A DNA stretch of 20,000 nt from an uncultured virus (IMG/VR IMGVR_UViG_3300027779_000022) (lineage: Duplodnaviria > Heunggongvirae > Uroviricota > Caudoviricetes): IMG/VR virus record IMGVR_UViG_3300027779_000022, one strand, 5' to 3'. The notes beneath the pieces are model-generated. The model saw nothing but the letters and a program-made list of their open reading frames with translations, did no database searches and was not told the origin of the DNA. Shown here one piece after another: positions 16,900-20,000 of the stretch. Within the stretch, counting starts at the first letter, position 1. The number at the start of each line of letters is the position of its first letter. Made by a program: the position numbers and the translations under genes.

Positions 16900-17662
16900 A
16901 GATCCGAACACTTTTGTATGTTCCGAAGTAATCAAAAATCTCATCCCAATCAAGACTAAGGTAAAGTCTCTTCTTCTGTTCTCCGGACAATTAGAAATCC
17001 CACTCGCTTATGCTGGTTATGACATAGAGATTGCAACCAATAAGTTCGTGATATATGAATTTTGGAACTGCGCCCTGCGAGATCCATATTTAATATCTAA
17101 GATGGCAATGAGAGTGAACGCACAGATAGGACCGCAGCTTGTTTATCTATTTCAAAATGATTGGCCGCGGTTTAAAGATCCCTATTATAGATCGGCATTG
17201 TTTTTCTTGCTAAATCGCTATTCCATAACGGGAACAATTTCCCATGGACAATTCAGAACAGACAATTTTACACCGCTATCTACACAGAATCTAGAAAGGT
17301 TTTATGAAGATGAGAGGGCAAAAAAAATCAATATCAAATATTATAATTCTGATAAATATCTTGATGCCTTTGGGTTTATAGAAGACGATGAAGTTGTATT
17401 GCTACCGGTCGGCAAGCTCTCCCTTAGTCCGCTGAATAAAACGACAGCAGTGGGGCATGAAACATACGATATGAATGATAAAGAACTGAGAGATATTCTC
17501 AAGAACCAAAACAAGAAATTTGTTCTTGTATATAAAAGCAATCCGCGCCTCTTGAGCTTTTATAAAGACTATAATATTATCATGGTCAACAGTTTCGGCG
17601 CCGAGACAAAAAAGATAGAACTTGCCGAAGATATCATAGTAACCAATCTGGAGAAAAAATGA
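16883..17662 (+). CDS. Degenerate D12-class (Dam-like) DNA adenine methylase homologue
   Basis: KTPIK, VIYEFW, ALFFLLNRYSITG, KFVLVY...FYKDY and IIVTN are collinear with Dam; no FxGxG or DPPY. Confidence 0.6.
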   Translation: MKTPIKDPNTFVCSEVIKNLIPIKTKVKSLLLFSGQLEIPLAYAGYDIEIATNKFVIYEFWNCALRDPYLISKMAMRVNAQIGPQLVYLFQNDWPRFKDPYYRSALFFLLNRYSITGTISHGQFRTDNFTPLSTQNLERFYEDERAKKINIKYYNSDKYLDAFGFIEDDEVVLLPVGKLSLSPLNKTTAVGHETYDMNDKELRDILKNQNKKFVLVYKSNPRLLSFYKDYNIIMVNSFGAETKKIELAEDIIVTNLEKK

Positions 17663-18006
17663 CATCAAAATTATTCTTAGCCTGCGCACTCTTTGCGCTT
17701 GGGCAAACTCTTGGGTGGTTCCAGTTAAACGCGCAGTTTGTATGGGACTGGTGGAAAGATAAGCCGATCCTTTCGGCTACCCTGTTCTCTATACCTACAG
17801 GGATATGCTTTTGGTATGGTATTAGAATGTGTTACGAAGAATGGGGAGAAGTATGGGGTCCAAGATTTTTGATCTTCAGCATGTCTTATTTCACGTTCCC
17901 TGCGCTTACATGGTATTTTTTAAATGAAAGTATGTTCACTGTTAAAACCATGTTATGTGTCTTTCTTTCATTTCTAATCGTTGGTGTACAATTATTTTGG
18001 AGATAG
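17659..18006 (+). CDS. Small four-helix membrane protein (SMR/DMT-like topology)
   Basis: 115 aa with four hydrophobic segments; LTWYFLNE before the last helix. Confidence 0.65.
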   Translation: MTSKLFLACALFALGQTLGWFQLNAQFVWDWWKDKPILSATLFSIPTGICFWYGIRMCYEEWGEVWGPRFLIFSMSYFTFPALTWYFLNESMFTVKTMLCVFLSFLIVGVQLFWR

Positions 18007-18009
18007 CGA

Positions 18010-18768
18010 GTGTCTGATATATATTTATTTGATGTCGATGGGACCCTTACGCCGGCAAAGTCCAAGATTGACGCTGGGTTTCACAATACATTTAAAAAAT
18101 GGTCCGAAGGTAAAGAAGTTTATATAGTATCGGGTGGCTCCTTTGTGCGATTGATTGATCAGTTAGGATTAGATATCATCGAGCAAGCCCGGGGTGTCTT
18201 TCCTTGTATGGGGAACATTTTTTATCAAAAAAGAGAACAGAGTGAGGTAAACAATTATAGTGAATGGGACACCATTTATGAGAATAAATTTGTCTCTCCG
18301 AAAAATCTTAAACGATCGTTAAATTCTATTGTTGCTAAATCCGAATTTACAATTAAGACAGGCAATCATCACGAAGATCGCACTGGTATGATAAATTTTT
18401 CGATTGTTGGTCGCAACGCAAGCAAGGTCGAAAGGACATGTTATGAACACTGGGACGCTGAAAACCACGAAAGAAAAGCGATTGTTCAAAAGCTGAGAGA
18501 AAAATACCCCAAACTAGACTTTGTAATTGGAGGAGCAGTTAGCATCGATATTTTTAACAAAGGGAATGATAAATCTCAGGTTATCCCTCGTTATTTCAAA
18601 GAAGCCATAGAACACAACCAGATTCACTTTGTAGGTGATCGGATTCCTTTTCCGGGCAATGATTGCTCTTTGGCACAGGCATTGTCCCTGCATCCAAACG
18701 GCGCCACCTATGAGGTTAAGAGGTGGCAAGACACGGCAGAACTATTAAAGTCACAGCCTTTTGCGTAG
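18010..18768 (+). CDS. Eukaryote-type (HAD-IIB) phosphomannomutase-like enzyme
   Basis: FDVDGTLT, VSGG, EDRTGMINFSIVGR, IGGAVSIDIF, DK, FVGD...GND. Confidence 0.88.
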   Translation: MSDIYLFDVDGTLTPAKSKIDAGFHNTFKKWSEGKEVYIVSGGSFVRLIDQLGLDIIEQARGVFPCMGNIFYQKREQSEVNNYSEWDTIYENKFVSPKNLKRSLNSIVAKSEFTIKTGNHHEDRTGMINFSIVGRNASKVERTCYEHWDAENHERKAIVQKLREKYPKLDFVIGGAVSIDIFNKGNDKSQVIPRYFKEAIEHNQIHFVGDRIPFPGNDCSLAQALSLHPNGATYEVKRWQDTAELLKSQPFA

Positions 18769-18783
18769 TTACTGTTAAAAACA

Positions 18784-18791
18784 ACTATTTA
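18784..18791 (+). promoter_or_regulatory. ACTATTTA, candidate phage (late-type) promoter motif
   Basis: Intergenic, upstream of SD GAGG (18801-18804) and ATG 18812. Confidence 0.5.
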
Positions 18792-18811
18792 TATTGTTAA
18801 GAGGAAAATAA

Positions 18812-20000
18812 ATGAGCATTTCTACAGGCAACTGGTTTGAGTATCTTCGAGAAGAAGTTTTAACAGAGGGTCTCCGAGACATCGGGTTGCCCGAGGTCAT
18901 CGTTGATTTTATTGAGGAAGGCATGCCGAATGCTCCCGAGAAGTCAAAGATGTACGCAGGCAATCACTGGAAAGAACACAAGCTGGGCAACCCCGGCTAC
19001 ATTGACAGCACTCAGGAGAACTGGCTGCTCTTCATGGAGCGTAACTTCAGAGATCGGATACAGGTAAACACTGTCCCAGACGGCGGCACTGTCGCACGCA
19101 CAGTAGAGCCTTATGATTCGAGCGCTATACGCACAACACCGCGCGCCGCATATGACGACGAAACCATCGAACAAAACAAGAAGATCGCATTCGTTGCAGA
19201 CAATATAAAGCAGGCGTTTGCCAAGCCTGCCGGCACTTGGCGCAAGACATTTATGAAAGCAACGAAGGCACTGAGCAAAGCAGGTGTGCCTTCCGAGAAG
19301 GTTGAGGTTGTAAAAGAGGAGTTGCAGGCGAATATGCTGGCTCAGTGGAAAACATACTGGGGCAGATGGAACGAGTTGTTCTCTTGGCTGAACGACGAAC
19401 CAACGAACTACGAAATGATCAAGGGCGAAGAAATTAGCATCGCCTATGACACAGCGATGGAAGACCTAAACAACCGAGAAGACCCAGACAGCATCATCCA
19501 CACATTTGAGGACGGCTCGTACTGGTATAACTTGGAGGTGTCTAACTGCTCCGTAGAAGGCGAGCGAATGGGACACTGCGGCTCTGACTCTCGCGGCACC
19601 CTTGTGTCACTACGCAAGCGCCAAGGCAAGCGCAAAGCATCATCGTCCTATATCACGATGACTTGGGATGGCGAGACGCTTTACCAGATCAAGGGACGCA
19701 ACAATGACGCACCTCCACACGAAATGTGGGATCACATCGAGTGGTTCATCAGAAATATGGATATTAGCAGCGTTGAGGAAACAGGTGAACACTCTAACGA
19801 TCACGAAGGCTTCCGAGAGATGAATGAATATCTCCAAGGCCGCAACCAAGGTGTTAGATTCAACGGCGCCCTCGATATAGACGCAATCCAAGAGGCGATA
19901 GACGAGGTTGTCAACGACTACGACGGCGAGAACTCATCGATCTATGGAGAAGTCACTGGGCCAGAGGATCACGGCGGCGATTACACTGCTATGAATATGA
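18812..20000 (+). CDS. Large protein (3' partial) with a PcfJ-like domain; absent from the ORF track
   Basis: Manual translation is open to the window end: MSISTGNWFEYLREEVLTEGLRD...EGERMGHCG...LVSLRKR...ITMTW...YQIKGRNNDAP. Confidence 0.8.
   Translation, partial: MSISTGNWFEYLREEVLTEGLRDIGLPEVIVDFIEEGMPNAPEKSKMYAGNHWKEHKLGNPGYIDSTQENWLLFMERNFRDRIQVNTVPDGGTVARTVEPYDSSAIRTTPRAAYDDETIEQNKKIAFVADNIKQAFAKPAGTWRKTFMKATKALSKAGVPSEKVEVVKEELQANMLAQWKTYWGRWNELFSWLNDEPTNYEMIKGEEISIAYDTAMEDLNNREDPDSIIHTFEDGSYWYNLEVSNCSVEGERMGHCGSDSRGTLVSLRKRQGKRKASSSYITMTWDGETLYQIKGRNNDAPPHEMWDHIEWFIRNMDISSVEETGEHSNDHEGFREMNEYLQGRNQGVRFNGALDIDAIQEAIDEVVNDYDGENSSIYGEVTGPEDHGGDYTAMNM

Noticed and set aside
18786..18793. 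T4 late promoter TATAAATA on the minus strand
   Set aside because: No credible minus-strand gene follows; the motif is better explained in + orientation before starts.
168..19891. Minus-strand and nested alternative-frame ORFs in the track (e.g. 11317-11847, 14317-15024, 3240-3779)
   Set aside because: They are shadows of well-supported + strand genes, with no recognisable motifs or expression signals.
1..20000. Stop-codon reassignment, CRISPR array, tRNA/rRNA, or eukaryotic giant-virus origin
   Set aside because: TAA, TAG and TGA all end genes at sensible points; intergenic gaps are too short for arrays or RNA genes; SD sites, sigma70 promoters and DnaE indicate bacterial machinery.

Overview
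A dense, entirely + strand, tightly overlapping gene array most consistent with a large dsDNA bacteriophage genome (inference). It uses the standard bacterial code, Shine-Dalgarno sites and sigma70-type promoters. Replication and nucleotide genes: a DnaE-type DNA polymerase, dUTPase, an IMPDH/GMP-reductase family enzyme, a phage N6-adenine methyltransferase, and ParB-like and DsbA/GapR-like proteins. Proteostasis genes: two ClpP paralogues (one with Asn in place of the catalytic Asp), an HPD/J-like protein, GroEL and a thioredoxin. Also present are a stand-alone Cys-rich sigma region-4 protein, a eukaryote-type phosphomannomutase, three apparently degenerate enzymes, and acidic L-x-E-containing proteins preceded by a shared A(C/T)TA(T/C)TTA motif, a candidate late promoter. 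Five sigma70-like promoters have exact TTGACA and 17-bp spacing; one lies inside the methyltransferase gene and one overlaps a terminator. The palindromes GCCGGC and GGCGCC are strongly over-represented. All protein assignments come from motif recognition by eye; no searches were run.
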